Source of the DNA: Entomortierella parvispora E1425
Lineage: Eukaryota > Fungi > Mortierellomycota
Reading direction: 5' to 3'
Length of the DNA stretch: 64,000 bases
NCBI GenBank assembly: GCA_020891255.1
Contig: BQFW01000013.1
Coordinates: 2,418,001 to 2,482,000, forward strand
The notes beneath the pieces were generated by a model. It was not told where the DNA came from. It ran no database searches and saw only the letters and a program-made list of their open reading frames with translations. Of this stretch, positions 25,101 through 37,441 are shown piece by piece; position 1 is the first letter of the stretch; each line of letters begins with the position of its first letter. The position numbers and the translations under genes are program-made.

Positions 25101-27425
25101 CTTTGTGGAGCGTGCAGAGCAAGAGCAAAAGGAGGAGCGACGAAAACGGGCGGCCCAGCAACGGAGACAGGCGAGGCGCCTACGACGCCTCACCTCAGCG
25201 ACGGCGACCGAGATCAGTGGTGACAGTGACAAGGACAGGGAATCGACCCGCGAAAAGATGGGGCGGGCCGGATTGGCGCATCAGATGGATGATATCCGCA
25301 ACCAGATTGACCCTGACCGTCTGGCCTTCCAGCATGTGGAACACCAATTGCAGACCAAACTCATCAAGATTTTGCAGTTGCTGGAACTTTCTGGATCGGA
25401 GCCTCGACTGAAGGAAGAGTTCCCGATGAAGCTGTACAAGCAGATTATCCAATGTTGTCAAAACATCTTGGACAGGATGGTGTCGATGCGCATGGCGGCT
25501 CAGTTGCTCTCGCCCGAGGTTCGCGATTTGGTGACGGGACCCATGAACTACTACCGTCGCGACATGGTAAGTCGGAGTTTTGAGATGACTCTGGACAGAA
25601 AAAAAAAAAGAAAAAAAAGATATGGACTCTTGATGTACTCACTCGGCTTTTCCACACTTTTGTTCATAGGTTGGAGCGTTGCTGCTCTACTTCAGTGTCT
25701 TGTCTTCGTCTTTGGCTTCAAAGTCGCCTCTGCCCCCATATCTGCCATCAGCGCGTATGGCCCGCCTTCGTGTGATCTACAATGTCAGAGAGGCGATCGC
25801 AGCTCACCAGGCTCAAACCGGAGAAGACCATTATACCTATATTTATTACTACGCGTTTTCATCCGCTCTGGAAGAAGTCATTGAAGAGCTGGGTGAGTAT
25901 ACAGAAACCTTTTTTCATGAATAGGAACAATATCGAGACCTGTTGCTAACCCTCTGTTCTGTTTGATTCGTTAGAACTTTTGGCGATTTTGATCAAACCC
26001 ATTGTGGGAGTGACCTTGGTGTCCTCTGGCGATGAGTACTCATATGGGCTCGGACAAGCAAACGAGCCGCTTCATATGCCCCCCAACCTATGTGCAGGAG
26101 CAGGAGTAGGATCCGATACATCTCAGGCTGGAAGTTTGCCTACAGCAACCGCGTCAACTACTCCTGGGGCCGCTCCTCAATCATCGTATTCACAGCATGC
26201 GGGATTGGGCGGCAGTCTAATGGAGGGAAGTCTGAGCTCTGTCCCAGGTCTGGCGGTGGGTATGGTCAATGTCAGCATGGCCAACCCTTCGACAGCTGGC
26301 ACAGGCGCCGGCGCTTTTGGATCAGCTTCCTCTCCAAGACTTGGACTGGGGGCTCTCCATGGAGGACTCAGTGCCACTGGTTCAACGCCTCAGCAGCGAC
26401 AGTACCTGCATGAGCGTCTGCTCCAACAACAACATGCTCAACGGAACCGCCGCGCTTTCTTTGCAGACGAGGCGAACCAGGCCTCAGAAGGAGAAGACCG
26501 TCAGGATAACGACGTTGAAGAGCCAGCCGGTCCTTCAGAGAGGGAGCTTGCTCTTGAGGAACAACTTCGGGAAATGGCAGCTCAAAAGGAGGCATTGGAA
26601 CGTCAGATCGAGGAACAGCACCAAAAGCTCTTACTGTTGGCTGCCAAGGACGGTACTGGGGCCGATTCGTCGACTGCAAAGCCCAAATTGGGTCGTCAAA
26701 AGAGTAAGGTGTTTGGGGAGGGACTCCACCTCCACACTTCTGTGGCGGGACTTCATATCGATATTCCCACAGTCACGTCTCCTGTTAATGCTGGTGCTTC
26801 GTCTTTGGCTGTCCCAGGCGCCAAAGCCATGCATCCTGCAAGAGCAGCTCCGACTTCCCCGATCCTGCTGATGGATGAGAACATGCTGTTGGGAGGCAGT
26901 GGACTTGGAGGCCGCCATTCTCTGCGCTACAAGGAGGCGATTGAGACGGCTCAGGAGGCCAGTGGTCAGCGTTTGGTCGAGGTCCCTACTTCTCCGTTGA
27001 CCAGTGTGACCGTGGTACCGGGTCATATTCAGATGCCAACTGCACAACAACAGGCTACTGGTACCCCGACAGCAGCAGCGACTGCGACCCTTGCGAGATC
27101 GGGTTCAGACAAGAAGGTGGATCACCACCAGCACTCACGCCACCGATCCATCAGTCGAGACCGCGGTCATGGACACGGACATGGACCTGAGCACGAGTCT
27201 TTTGCGCTTTCACCCACGAGCACCGGCTCAGCCCAGTTTTCAAACAGGAAGAGTAGTAGCAGTAGCAACAACAACACCAACGCCATGACGGTACCTGTGG
27301 CGGTGGTGATGCCTTTTGGCACTGACCTTGTGGCCCAGGCACCTTTACCTCTACACCTGATCCCCACGGTTGCTCAGCAGCAGGCCTTACAGCAGCTAGA
27401 GCATCAACAGCAACGACAAAAGTAG
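19129..27425 (+). CDS. Large multi-exon FUSC/aromatic-acid-exporter (ArAE_2, Bre4-like) membrane protein
   Basis: ORF segments 19129-19805, ~19940-20681, ~20820-24557, ~24653-25566, ~25670-25892 and ~25977-27425 are separated by GT-AG introns (boundaries approximate). N-terminal TM bundle ([14 protein letters not shown]...[11 protein letters not shown]). FUSC_2-like [10 protein letters not shown]...[21 protein letters not shown]...RIGGTLAG. C-terminal FPMKLY..I...Q.ILDR. Confidence 0.85.
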
Positions 27426-28228
27426 ACGACTCATACCTATAATCTTTAATACACCATGTGGTTCATCGTGTTCAGTTTTCCTGCTTGCAATGACCCAAGA
27501 TCCCCTCCATCTTCACTCTTTTTTTTTTTATCTCTCGTCACGTAAAAACTCTGGCCAGATTGCGCTATGTACGACCCAAGGGGCCAAGGATGTTGACAGG
27601 AGACAAAAATAACGCTTAACGGGGGGCCTGGCTCTAGAAGAGGTCGCCCCAGGGACGAAACAGATTTTTTGATGTCTTGTTCACGCGAGTGAGCTGGGTT
27701 TTCTGTGTTGCAACCTGGTAGTCCTTCCCCAACGAAGCAACTCTCCTTGCATCTTTTGGGTTCGTTTTTACTTTTTAGTCCCCAACAGAGAGTCTGTTAG
27801 ATTTTCTGATCTTGTTGGGATACCTGGAAGTCCTCAAGAACGGTCCCCCCTTTTTTTTTCTCCCCTTGATGATTTTTCGGGGCAGCACTTTTTTTTTCTG
27901 GGAGTCTGGTTTTTTGGTCGATGCATTCGTCTCTGGGAGTAAATAACGACGCACCGTCTACTGCTTTTCTTCTGGTGCATTGCATCTCTCTCGATCTATA
28001 TCTTTTTTCCATCCTGGGGCCCTTCTTTTTAGATCGGATCTCCCTAGATTTATTCTCCCTGCTTTTTTGTCTGATCTGTACACGGCAGGGAACGACTTTG
28101 AAGAACATATAAAAAGGACAGCCTTTGTTTCCAATGATTTCTATATCCCATTCATCTACCACTAGTCTTCCACTGCCACACACACACTCACACGCTCTAA
28201 GTCCCAATCCCAAGAGATCAAGCACATC

Positions 28229-28642
28229 ATGTCCGTTTACAAGGGTCGATTCTTCCAAGCCTACATTGTTCTAATTGCCGTCGTTGTGATCCTGAACCAT
28301 GGCGAGAACAGAGGGATGAACTTTGCAGTCAACGCCGCTCCAGTTCCTTATGGGTTAGAGGATTTGACAAGGCCGGCCGTAGAGGGTGTTGTTAATCCCC
28401 TTGGCACCGGTGTGGGTAGAGGGGTTGCAGGAGCAGCAGCAGGTACCCAACAAACCGCTGATCTTCTGGGAGATGCTATCGACACGCTATTGCACACGCT
28501 TGGAGGTATTGCCGGCAACGCAGATCAAGGTGCCGGTGTTGCAGTGGCGAATGCTGCACCTGCTGTGCAGAGTACTGTTCATGCAATCCAACACAATGAT
28601 GGGGCGCTTGGAGACGTTGCGACCATAGTCGGTGGAAACTAA
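28229..28642 (+). CDS. Small Gly/Ala-rich secreted protein (137 aa)
   Basis: Hydrophobic N-terminus (FFQAYIVLIAVVVIL), NAAP processing-like site, intronless ORF, paralogous 5' end at 53420. Confidence 0.7.
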   Translation: MSVYKGRFFQAYIVLIAVVVILNHGENRGMNFAVNAAPVPYGLEDLTRPAVEGVVNPLGTGVGRGVAGAAAGTQQTADLLGDAIDTLLHTLGGIAGNADQGAGVAVANAAPAVQSTVHAIQHNDGALGDVATIVGGN

Positions 28643-29224
28643 AGGAACGAGAACGGCGTGCACAAAGAACTTGTCTTTGTATTCTTTTTTTCCCTCACAG
28701 AGGACTTCTGAAATGAAGGGCTAGCTTGAGTCTTTGTCAATAATAGAATTATTTTGCAACTTTGATCCTGACTCCCTGAGTGTGTTTTTGATCAGCTTAC
28801 ACGACTAGCAGTGTAATACAACTTTTTTTTCATTCCTGAGGAGAAGGTTGTGGAGTCTGTCGACGTTGAAAGTAGCAAGGAATTGAAGGACAGTGAGAAA
28901 AGACAGAGAAGAGGGCTCAGATGAAAGAACCTTTGACTAGTGATAAAACACGAGCCAATGTAGTAGCAGAAGCAAGGATGGTTTGTAGATGTCGCGAACT
29001 TGGCATGGTTGCTCCACGGTCTTTTTTGTTTTTTGCGGTCGCGTCGCGTTCAGCATAGACCTGTTGTTCGTCCATGGAGCCAAGTCTGGAGGTAGTGGAC
29101 ATGGAACTTTTGACGCGACTTGGCCCCCACAGGAGGTCGTCCCTGGCACAAAGGTCTTTCTGGTGGCTGGTAACGCTTTGGTAAGTGGTTTCTGATCTGA
29201 GCACACTACCTTCCCCATATGGGC

Positions 29225-29815
29225 TAACGTCCTCACCGATGCGGCTGATGGATGAGAAAATGCTGTTGGGAGGCACTAGACTTGGAGTCCGTCATTCTCT
29301 ACGCTACAAGGAGGCGATTGAGACGGCTCAGGAGGCCAGTGGTCAGCGTTTGGTCGAGGTCCCTACTTCTCCGTTGACCAGTGTGACCGTGGTACCGGGT
29401 CATATTCAGATGCCAACTGCACAACAACAGGCTACTGGTACCCCGACAGCAGCAGCGACTGCGACCCTTGCGAGATCAGGTTCAGGCAAGAGGATGGATC
29501 ACCACCAGCGCTCACGCCACCGATCCATCAGTCGAGGCCGGACACGGACATGGACCTGAGCACGAGTCTTTTGCACTTTCACCCACGAGTACCAGCTCAG
29601 CCCAGTTTTCAAACAGGAAGAGTAGTAACAGTAGCAACAGCAACAGCAACACCAACGCCATGACGGTGCCTGTGGCGGTGGTAATGCCTTTTTGGCACTG
29701 ACCTTGTGCCCCAGGCACCCTTGCCTCTACACCTGATCCCCACGGCTGCTCAGCAGCAGGCCTTACAGAAGCCAGAGCAACAACAGCAACAACAACAAGA
29801 GCAAAAAAAGTAGAT
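29225..29815 (+). pseudogene. Partial duplicate of the last exon of the FUSC/ArAE gene (copy B)
   Basis: Matches ~26866-27425 (ctgatggatgagaa...ctacaaggaggcgattgagacggctcaggaggcc...aaaagtag) with indels and frameshifts. Confidence 0.9.
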
Positions 29816-29995
29816 GATACAGGGACACCGTATCGATTGTATACTATTCTTTTATAAATGTCAATGGTTTTTTGGAATGAATTAAAAATATGAACTCATA
29901 CTATCTCCTGGGCACAGATCTGGGATGTAAATCCACTACACCACAATGTTGTTGTGGAACTCGAATACGCTACCAGAGAAGATATATACAGTATT

Positions 29996-31420
29996 TCAAT
30001 GTGGAGCAAGCCTATCAATTGGACATGGAGGAGGGCGGTTAAGAATTCTATGGGACTCTACTAGGCTACCGGTTGCTAAGGCTGCGCAGAGTGATAGCTC
30101 GCCGGCCATAACACCAGCACAAATAATCCGAGCGAGACGTTGAGCATTCGCACCGGGTCTCTCGGCGTGAGGACCGCGGACGCCAAGTAAATCCAGCATG
30201 GATGCTTGAGGAGGCAATACTGTACCACCGCCAAAAGTACCGACTTCAATCGAAGGCATTGTGCAGTTGATAAGAAGATCCTGGCCGTTGTTGATGGCCT
30301 TCATTAGGGTGATGCAGGCTGAAGACTGTACATTTTGGGCGGGATCTTGACCAGTCGCGAGGTAGATGGCTGTCAATATATTGGCCGCATGAGCATTGAA
30401 CCCGCCAATAGCTCCTGCCATAGCAGATCCGATGAGATTCTTATTCAAGTTCAGCTCTGCAAGTGCAGCGACCGTAGTTCCAAGGACAGACTCTACAACC
30501 ATTCTAGGAATCACAGCCTCGGCCACAACAGATTTGCCACGACCTTCAATCCAGTTGATAGCCGCAGATTTTTTATCGGTACAATAGTTGCCGGACAAGG
30601 AGACAATCGACATCGTGGGGAACCATTTACCAAGCTCCTCGAGTGCTCGCTCACTGCCCTTTGTGACCATGTTCATGCCCATTGCATCTCCTGTTGAAGC
30701 CGAAAAACGAATATAAACTAATCGGCCTGCAACTGCTGCCTTGATTTTCAAAAGGCAACAAAAGCGACTTGTCGACCTAAAGGCATCTTGCATCTTATTG
30801 AAGCCATGTCCTTCTAGCCATTTCTTGCATGCGCTGGCCTGAATGATGCTAGGGAATTCAACGCAAGGTGCGCGAGTCATACAATCGGCCAATAAAACAG
30901 TGGTAGCTCCACCTCCAGTATTGATGGCTTTGCATCCCCGTGACGTTGAAGCAACCAGGCATCCTTCAGTTGTGGCCATTGGCAGATACAGACTCTCGCC
31001 ATCGACGTTGAATGGCCCAGCGACGCCGACAGGCAAAGGTATGTAGCCAATGACGTTCTCACAGCATCGACCCAAAACGTGGCTGTAATCGTAGCCGTGC
31101 ATGGGTAAAAGAAACTCTTCCAGAGTCTTCGATTTGGTGCCGCGCAAAATCAGAGCTCGTCGGATTTGGACTGCGCGGGTCGTGTCGCCAAGTATCCTCT
31201 CAAGTGCACGTGCAGGTATTTTGTCGTGGATCAAAAGCATCACCAATTCTTCGTCGGATAATGATGAAGCATCTTCGGGAGTGATCTTGAAAATCGACGC
31301 ACATTCACTCATAGTCTTCATATGGAGCATATTGGTACACAATGAGTTAAACTGTATCAGCTTGCGACTTTGACAAAGACTCTTGGGGTGTTTAAGGCAA
31401 AATGTATGATTAGTTCTCAT
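29996..31420 (-). CDS. HMG1: Class I HMG-CoA reductase, catalytic domain only, intronless (start at 31420 or 31330)
   Basis: [109 protein letters not shown]. Catalytic Glu, Lys, Asp and His are present. No membrane or sterol-sensing domain upstream. Confidence 0.95.
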   Translation of the reverse strand: MRTNHTFCLKHPKSLCQSRKLIQFNSLCTNMLHMKTMSECASIFKITPEDASSLSDEELVMLLIHDKIPARALERILGDTTRAVQIRRALILRGTKSKTLEEFLLPMHGYDYSHVLGRCCENVIGYIPLPVGVAGPFNVDGESLYLPMATTEGCLVASTSRGCKAINTGGGATTVLLADCMTRAPCVEFPSIIQASACKKWLEGHGFNKMQDAFRSTSRFCCLLKIKAAVAGRLVYIRFSASTGDAMGMNMVTKGSERALEELGKWFPTMSIVSLSGNYCTDKKSAAINWIEGRGKSVVAEAVIPRMVVESVLGTTVAALAELNLNKNLIGSAMAGAIGGFNAHAANILTAIYLATGQDPAQNVQSSACITLMKAINNGQDLLINCTMPSIEVGTFGGGTVLPPQASMLDLLGVRGPHAERPGANAQRLARIICAGVMAGELSLCAALATGSLVESHRILNRPPPCPIDRLAPH

Positions 31421-31557
31421 AAGGTGGTTTCAGATGGATAGTATTTATGTGAAATCAATTCTAGAAATGAAAGGCTTTGGTTGATTCTGCAGCACGCAAT
31501 GAGATGGTATATTGCTATATGTAGCAGGATCAACACGAAATTGATAACATAATGTCT

Positions 31558-31870
31558 AGCAGGGTCTACTCTATGCTCCTCAGACCGCAGGCACATAACA
31601 AGACACGGATGAAATGTTCAACGAACCTGCAAACCCTACTGCTCGCGAGTCAATGTGCTAAGAGCAACAGTTGGCTACTGTAGATATTACAAACAAGAGT
31701 TTTGTAGCAGGATCTGCTTTATCCATCAGACTTCAGGCAGATGATAAGACACGGATGAAACGTTCAACGAACCTGCAAACACTACTGCTTGAGAGTCACT
31801 GTAATAAGAAAAGTTGGCTACTGCAGATGTTACAAGATCAACAAGAGCTTTTGCAGCAGGATCTACTCTA
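31558..31870 (+). repeat. Tandem repeat of ~140-145-bp unit, about 2.2 copies (same family as 35240-35705)
   Basis: Recurring gcaggca...aagacacggatgaaa.gttcaacgaacctgcaaac..tactgct.g.gagtca...agttggcta...aacaagag.ttt..agcagg.tctactcta. Confidence 0.85.
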
Positions 31871-31912
31871 CGTTTCTTGTACCTCACCATTCCCTTAACT
31901 GCTTCACTATTC

Positions 31913-32129
31913 TGTCACGATCAGACAAGGCAGGGAAAAAGGAAGAAAGATAAGACGAGGTCTATTGTGAATTGCAGACTGAGGAATTAAAGAGGGTGAA
32001 AAGGTCAGCTGTTTATCATGAATCGAAAAGGGCTTATGACGGGGCTGAGACGTAATGGAGCTGGAATGGATACTGGGGCCTGGGGCTGATACAACATGGA
32101 GTGGTGTCTTGGGCTCCATGGTTTAGACA
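31913..32129 (-). mobile_element. Candidate solo LTR
   Basis: 217-bp segment bounded by TGTC...GACA. The minus-strand reading ends in gatcgtgaca. No clear target-site duplication. Confidence 0.35.
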
Positions 32130-32499
32130 TTCTAGAAACTCTCACATGGTCGTCAGGATACTAGGAACGTTGTGAGTCGCGGGCCGCGGTCCGAAAGCTG
32201 GAGACAAGAATTTGTGGATATGGCAATCCTAGGTGGCAATGTGCAATATTAATAAGACGGAACCGTTCATTTCATCCCGACTCCATTGTCGTCCAGCTCC
32301 CGACGACGCCATCCCGGTACTCACCTGTTGGACGCGTCCTTGCAGAAAACCCCTACATTTAGTACCATCTCTCTCTACAGCTTACCCTTGTATCTGACCA
32401 TGAGCTGGGAAATAGCCCAATGCCTCTACATTTCAAGTGCATACGATCCCTCCCCCCCGTCTGCAGTTCATTTGGTGCGCATGGCAGGCACAATATATT

Positions 32500-32720
32500 T
32501 GTTAATGCGACTGTTCACGCCCCTCATCGTCTGTTCATAGGGCTTTTCATGCTCATGTAGGTCTGTTCATGGGGCTGTTTATGCCCATGTTGGTCTGTTC
32601 AAGGGGCTGCTCACGCCCATGCTGGTATGTTCATGGACTACTCGCGCCCATGTTGGTTTGTTCCAGCGACTGTTCATGGACTGCTCTCGCCCATGTTGGT
32701 CTGCTCCAGCGGCTGTTCCC
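32500..32720. repeat. Degenerate ~31-bp tandem repeat
   Basis: Repeated cgcccatgttggtctgttc(a/c)..gg..ctgctc units. Confidence 0.7.
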
Positions 32721-32999
32721 GCCCTTTTCGCCCTTGTTCGTCTGTTCATGAGACAACGCCAGGATTCATAGCATGGTTGCCGAGGGTCGAGTCAGGAATG
32801 AGATGTCATGAGGTCGAGTCGAATTTGTTCAATGAGGGTGATGGTAATGCAAAGAACAATGCGATGAGCAGTGTGAAGAGCAGTGCGAAGAGAGGGCGAA
32901 GAATGAACGAAGAGAGGGCGAAGAAGACAATTGAGGAGGTGCGCGCGCTCGAGACGCGAAGAAGAGGGTTCAGAACCAGCCATAGCTGGCCCCTAAAAC

Positions 33000-35238
33000 A
33001 GTGCAGCAAAAAGGCCCTGCGGGTTTCTGTCCGTTGCGCCCTGGGCGGAAAGTGCGACTGGTCTCCAGACTGTCGTTGAGCTCAAGAAAACAAATTTCAC
33101 TCCCTCCTTCTTCCCTCCTCACCAAACAACATGGACCGACGAACAACAGTCTGCATTCCTTCAACTCAAGCGGGCCATCTGCTCCGCCCCCGTCCTGTGC
33201 ATCTTTGACCCCAGCCTTGTCACCTTTGTCGACACAGATGCATCCGGTTTCGCCAGCGGTGCAGTGCTGCTGCAGACTGACCGACAAGGGAATGCCCATC
33301 CCATCGCATTCACTTCCAGGAAGTTGCAGTCAGCCGAGAGAAACTACCCCACCCATGAGCAGGAGCTGTTGGCTGTCATACATGCCCTCCGCACCTGGCG
33401 CTACTACCTCGATGGAACCAGGTTCACCGTCAACACCGACCACGCCACCCGCCGCCACTTTCCCACACGGCCCAAGCTCACCCGTCGACAAGCCCGTTGG
33501 ATAGAGTTGCTTCAGGAATATGGCTTTGACTTCAAGCACAAGCGAGGAGTTGACAACATCGTCCTGGACGCCCTCTCTCGACGACCGGACTACCGTGACC
33601 CTGACCCTGTTGAGCTGCACAGCCTCAGCGTCTCCCTGTCACCGGACGTCCGCGACTAGTGTCCAGGACTACAACAGTGACCCTCGACTTGGACCCATCT
33701 ACAAGGACTGTCTGGATGGAAAGATTGCCAACGGATATTAATTCCAGGACAACCTCCTCTACTTTACCCGACGTGGATCAACCACCCTGACCATCCCTCG
33801 ACACTCCCCGATCCGCCTCACTCTCCTGCACAACGCTCACGACTCTTCCACCGCTAGACACGTTGGTTTTCAGAAGACTTATGACAACCTGCGCCGTTTC
33901 GTATATTGGCCCCACATCGCCAAGGATACCCAGCAGTATGTAGCCAGCTGAGAGAAGCGTCAAAGGAACAAGGACTCCTAGGATCGACCAGCTGGACTCT
34001 TGCAACCCCTACCCATTCCCTCGCAGCGTTGGGAGGTAGTCACCATGGACTTCACCGGCCCTCTTCCGCCCACACAGTTGGAAGCTTTGATGCCATCACA
34101 GTGTTTGTCGACAAGCTCACCAAGCAAGCTCACTTCGTTCCCGGTACTATCTCCGCCATAGCCATCGACGTCGCCCACTGGTTTTTTGACAACATCTTCA
34201 AGCTGCATGGCGCCCCAACAGCCATCATCTCGGACCGAGACACTCGATTCACTAGTAGGTTCTGGCAGGAGTTGCACAAGCTAATGGACGTCAAACTTGC
34301 ACTGTCAACTGCCTACCACCCACAGAGGGATGGACAGACAGGAGTTATGAACAAGACGTTGAAGAGAGCGTATATTGACAACAAGCAGTCTAAAGGGACT
34401 GACTCCTTCCGTCACTAGAATTCGCCTACAACAATGCTGACAATGCGTCCACCGGATACTCGTCATTCTTCCCCAACTCTGGCCAGCACCCTTGTCTTCC
34501 CACCGCGCTCCTCGGTAAACCCAAACAGCTCAGTCCCCACTGTTGACACCTTCTTGTCTGAGCAGGCAACCACCCTTGCCCTGGCCCAGGATGCTCTGCA
34601 GCGTGCCCAGGATCATCAGGAGAAACAGGCGAACAAACGACGACGGGATCACAGGTACATGGTTGGCGATAAGGTCCTGCTGCGTGCCACCAATATCACC
34701 ATCCCTGCCGACAGCGTCAGACCAGCCGACAATCTTCGACCTCAGTTCCTTGGGCCGTTTACACTTCTGGAGCAACACTCACCTGTCACTTTCCGCGTCG
34801 AGCTGCCGCCATTCTACAAGATCCGTGACGTCTTCCATGTTGATACCTTTCGACCCTACTTGCCGTCCCCAGAGTCACTCGGCATTCGAGCTCCTGCCCC
34901 ACGGACCCTACTATAATTGACGGCGAAGAAGAGTATGAGGTGGACGAAATGTTTAAAGTACCGCTTCTACTGCGGACAGCACCAGTTCCTAGTGTTATTC
35001 AAAGGCTACGGCAGAGAGGCTGATGAATAGCTCGCAGTAAGCAACTTGGACAACTTTATGGACTTGGTCACAACCTTCAAACAGCAGCATGGTAACAGCA
35101 GCACGGTATCATTTTTTAGGAGGGGAAGTGTAACAGGAATACGGTGACATCACGCGAAGTGCACCTACAAAAGCTAGAAACTGCAATATAATAAAATGCG
35201 CTCCTTGTCTCCACGCCATTCTCGATACTCCTATTGCA
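33000..35238 (+). mobile_element. Ty3/Gypsy chromovirus remnant 1 (RT connection, RNase H, integrase, chromodomain, PPT, truncated 3' LTR)
   Basis: FVDTDASGFA.GAVLLQ, AERNYPTHEQELLAVIHAL..WRYYL, TDH, LTRRQARW, NIVLDALSR, VFVDKLTK, AIISDRDTRFTSRFW, STAYHPQ.DGQT, GP..LLE, IDGEEEYEVDE. PPT aggaggggaag (35118-35128) is followed by TGTAACA at 35129. Many stops and frameshifts. Confidence 0.92.
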
Positions 35239-35239
35239 A

Positions 35240-35705
35240 TGCATCTCGTACTGCAGGCAAATGGTAAGAGACGGATCAAAATGTTCAACGAACCAGCAAA
35301 CACTACTACTCAAGAGTCACTGCACTAATAGGAGGAGTTGGCTAAGACCAACAAGAGTTTGTAACAGGACCTACTCTATTCACCTCTTACTGCAGGCAGA
35401 TGGTAAGAGACGGATCAAAATGCTCAACAAGCCTGCAAACAGTACTCCTCAAGAGTCACTATACCAATAGCTGGAGTTGGCAATGATCAATAAGAGTTTG
35501 TAACAGGATCTACTCTATGCACCTCGTATTGCAGGCAGACGGTAAAGACGGATCAAAATGCTCAACGAACCTGCAAGCACTACTCCTCATGAGTCACTGT
35601 ACTGATAAGAGGAGTAGGCTAGGATCAACAAGAGTTTGCAGCAGGGTCTACTCTATGCCTCTCATACTGCTGGTGGACGGCAAGAGACGGATTAAAATGA
35701 TCAGG
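35240..35705 (+). repeat. Tandem repeat, 138-139-bp unit, about 3.4 copies
   Basis: Unit starts (a[c/t]tgcaggca.a.ggtaagagacggatcaaaatg) near 35250, 35389, 35528 and 35666. The unit length is not a multiple of 3. Confidence 0.92.
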
Positions 35706-36007
35706 AGCCTGGATCGTATTGTTCTATAGCTACTCTGTTGAAAACGACCTTGTATTTTCTTCACGTAAATTTATTAGGAGGCACTCCATGTTGTCAAAGG
35801 TGTAAGAACGACTCTCCTATAAAAGGGGCTTGGAATTTTCTCGAAACACAACTTTTCACCTTGATACCCTCTGTTTCAACACTTCTTCCCGGATAACATC
35901 GTTTAAGTAAGATAACATGAGCACCTCTATCGCTAACTCTTCCGAAGTACGTCACTGAGTAAAGAATTATTTCTGACCGGCAGGTATTCTTCTTCACTAG
36001 ATTCTAC

Positions 36008-37441
36008 ATGGTGGAAACGACAATCGTGATGACTGGCAAATCATTTGATGCTGATACTCAGGATCTCAACAAGTCTGGCCATGAGTATCGGGGTAGTGAC
36101 TTTGATGCCGATATACATTACACTGGAACTGAGGAGCGCCGCCAGCTCGCTAAGTCTGAATATGGGTACACATGGGCCAGATGCGTGTTTCCGAGACTTG
36201 ACGCCGCAGCCCAAAAGTCTATCGGTGATGGATATGAGTACGTTCGCTCATCTTATATGAGTCATCCGCTTACGACGCATCCTGATATCGAGCAATCCAC
36301 AGGATCCATGCGAGACGCGATATATTCCGAGGTTGACCGGCGCAAATACGACCAAAAGACCATTGGCAACCGGTATTGTCTCAACGAGCGACTTCTTGGG
36401 CGAACCGAATGGTTACACTCTCGTACGTTGGGTAGTGATACCGTGGCGCAAATCCTTGCCAATGAAGGGCACACCATTCATGAGTGTGTTGCTGGCATTG
36501 CGATAGGTCGAACTGCCTCCCTGATTGCATCAGCAATACACGACGGCATTAAGAGGGCTTGTGCTGAAAGATCTGTCCGACGTAGCAGATTGTGGAGCGA
36601 GTACGGAGGCCATCCGGTGTGCTTGATACGTACCGCAATCATGTGCAGCATCATACTCAGGGTGCGCCGACTCATGGATTGCCAGGACTATTTATACGCA
36701 TTTGGCCACATAGTTAGAAACATGGTGGATTTCTACAAACGACCCGGCTTGTTGGATACAATGGCACACTGCGAGGAGACGTGCACCTGCACTCAAGCAT
36801 TGGAGAAAATCAGCCTCTATCTAGGGATTGATGAGTCCTCTGTGATTGCGCAAACCATACCATCTTTCGTTACAGGAAAGGAGCTGGCTCTGGCTTGGCG
36901 CTCGGCAAGAGGCCTTAGCCCGAGTGCGGCGTGCAATAGAGATGTTGCTGCAGCTTTTGTGACTGCAGGCGTATCAGGCCTTGATATAACTGAAGACGAC
37001 GAGGATGCTCTCGTGGCTGCCATGGTAGCCAAATATCACCGGGATGGAACGTTCGATCTTGGCTATTGTGTGGCTTGTTGTGATGATATTATGTCCAAAA
37101 ACAATCCACACCGCAAGAGCATCAACGCCATGTTGTATCTCGACCCAGCTGACGTATCCCAAGAAGGATTAATGGTAAGATCTAGTATGCACATTTACAC
37201 CGATATCATGCAGCTAGACTCAACTGATGCCACGTATATCCTTTATGAGTTTCGGAGAATTGAAGAAAGTATTGCCCAGAGTTCGAAGACCAGCCGAAAA
37301 GTAGTCAACGCTGACAGGCGCGACAGCATTTTCTCCACTCCCACGTCTCCCAGCTCAAAATGGGCAGAACGAACCATCGGCTTTGCTATACCGGCATACT
37401 ATGTCGTAAAAAACATATTATATGGATCCAATGCTCATTGA
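36008..37441 (+). CDS. Orphan intronless ORF, 477 aa, unknown function
   Basis: Long uninterrupted ATG-TGA ORF with globular, Cys/Ala/Asp-rich composition and AT-rich flanks. No family motif recognised. Confidence 0.8.
   Translation: MVETTIVMTGKSFDADTQDLNKSGHEYRGSDFDADIHYTGTEERRQLAKSEYGYTWARCVFPRLDAAAQKSIGDGYEYVRSSYMSHPLTTHPDIEQSTGSMRDAIYSEVDRRKYDQKTIGNRYCLNERLLGRTEWLHSRTLGSDTVAQILANEGHTIHECVAGIAIGRTASLIASAIHDGIKRACAERSVRRSRLWSEYGGHPVCLIRTAIMCSIILRVRRLMDCQDYLYAFGHIVRNMVDFYKRPGLLDTMAHCEETCTCTQALEKISLYLGIDESSVIAQTIPSFVTGKELALAWRSARGLSPSAACNRDVAAAFVTAGVSGLDITEDDEDALVAAMVAKYHRDGTFDLGYCVACCDDIMSKNNPHRKSINAMLYLDPADVSQEGLMVRSSMHIYTDIMQLDSTDATYILYEFRRIEESIAQSSKTSRKVVNADRRDSIFSTPTSPSSKWAERTIGFAIPAYYVVKNILYGSNAH

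Noticed and set aside
27620-27665. Hairpin followed by gacgaaac, reminiscent of a hammerhead ribozyme
   Set aside because: No CUGANGA core, and the duplicate at ~43940-43980 has lost GAAA.
35240-35705. CRISPR or coding interpretation of the 139-bp array
   Set aside because: Units are similar along their whole length with no unique spacers, and the period is not a multiple of 3, so the ORFs across it are incidental.
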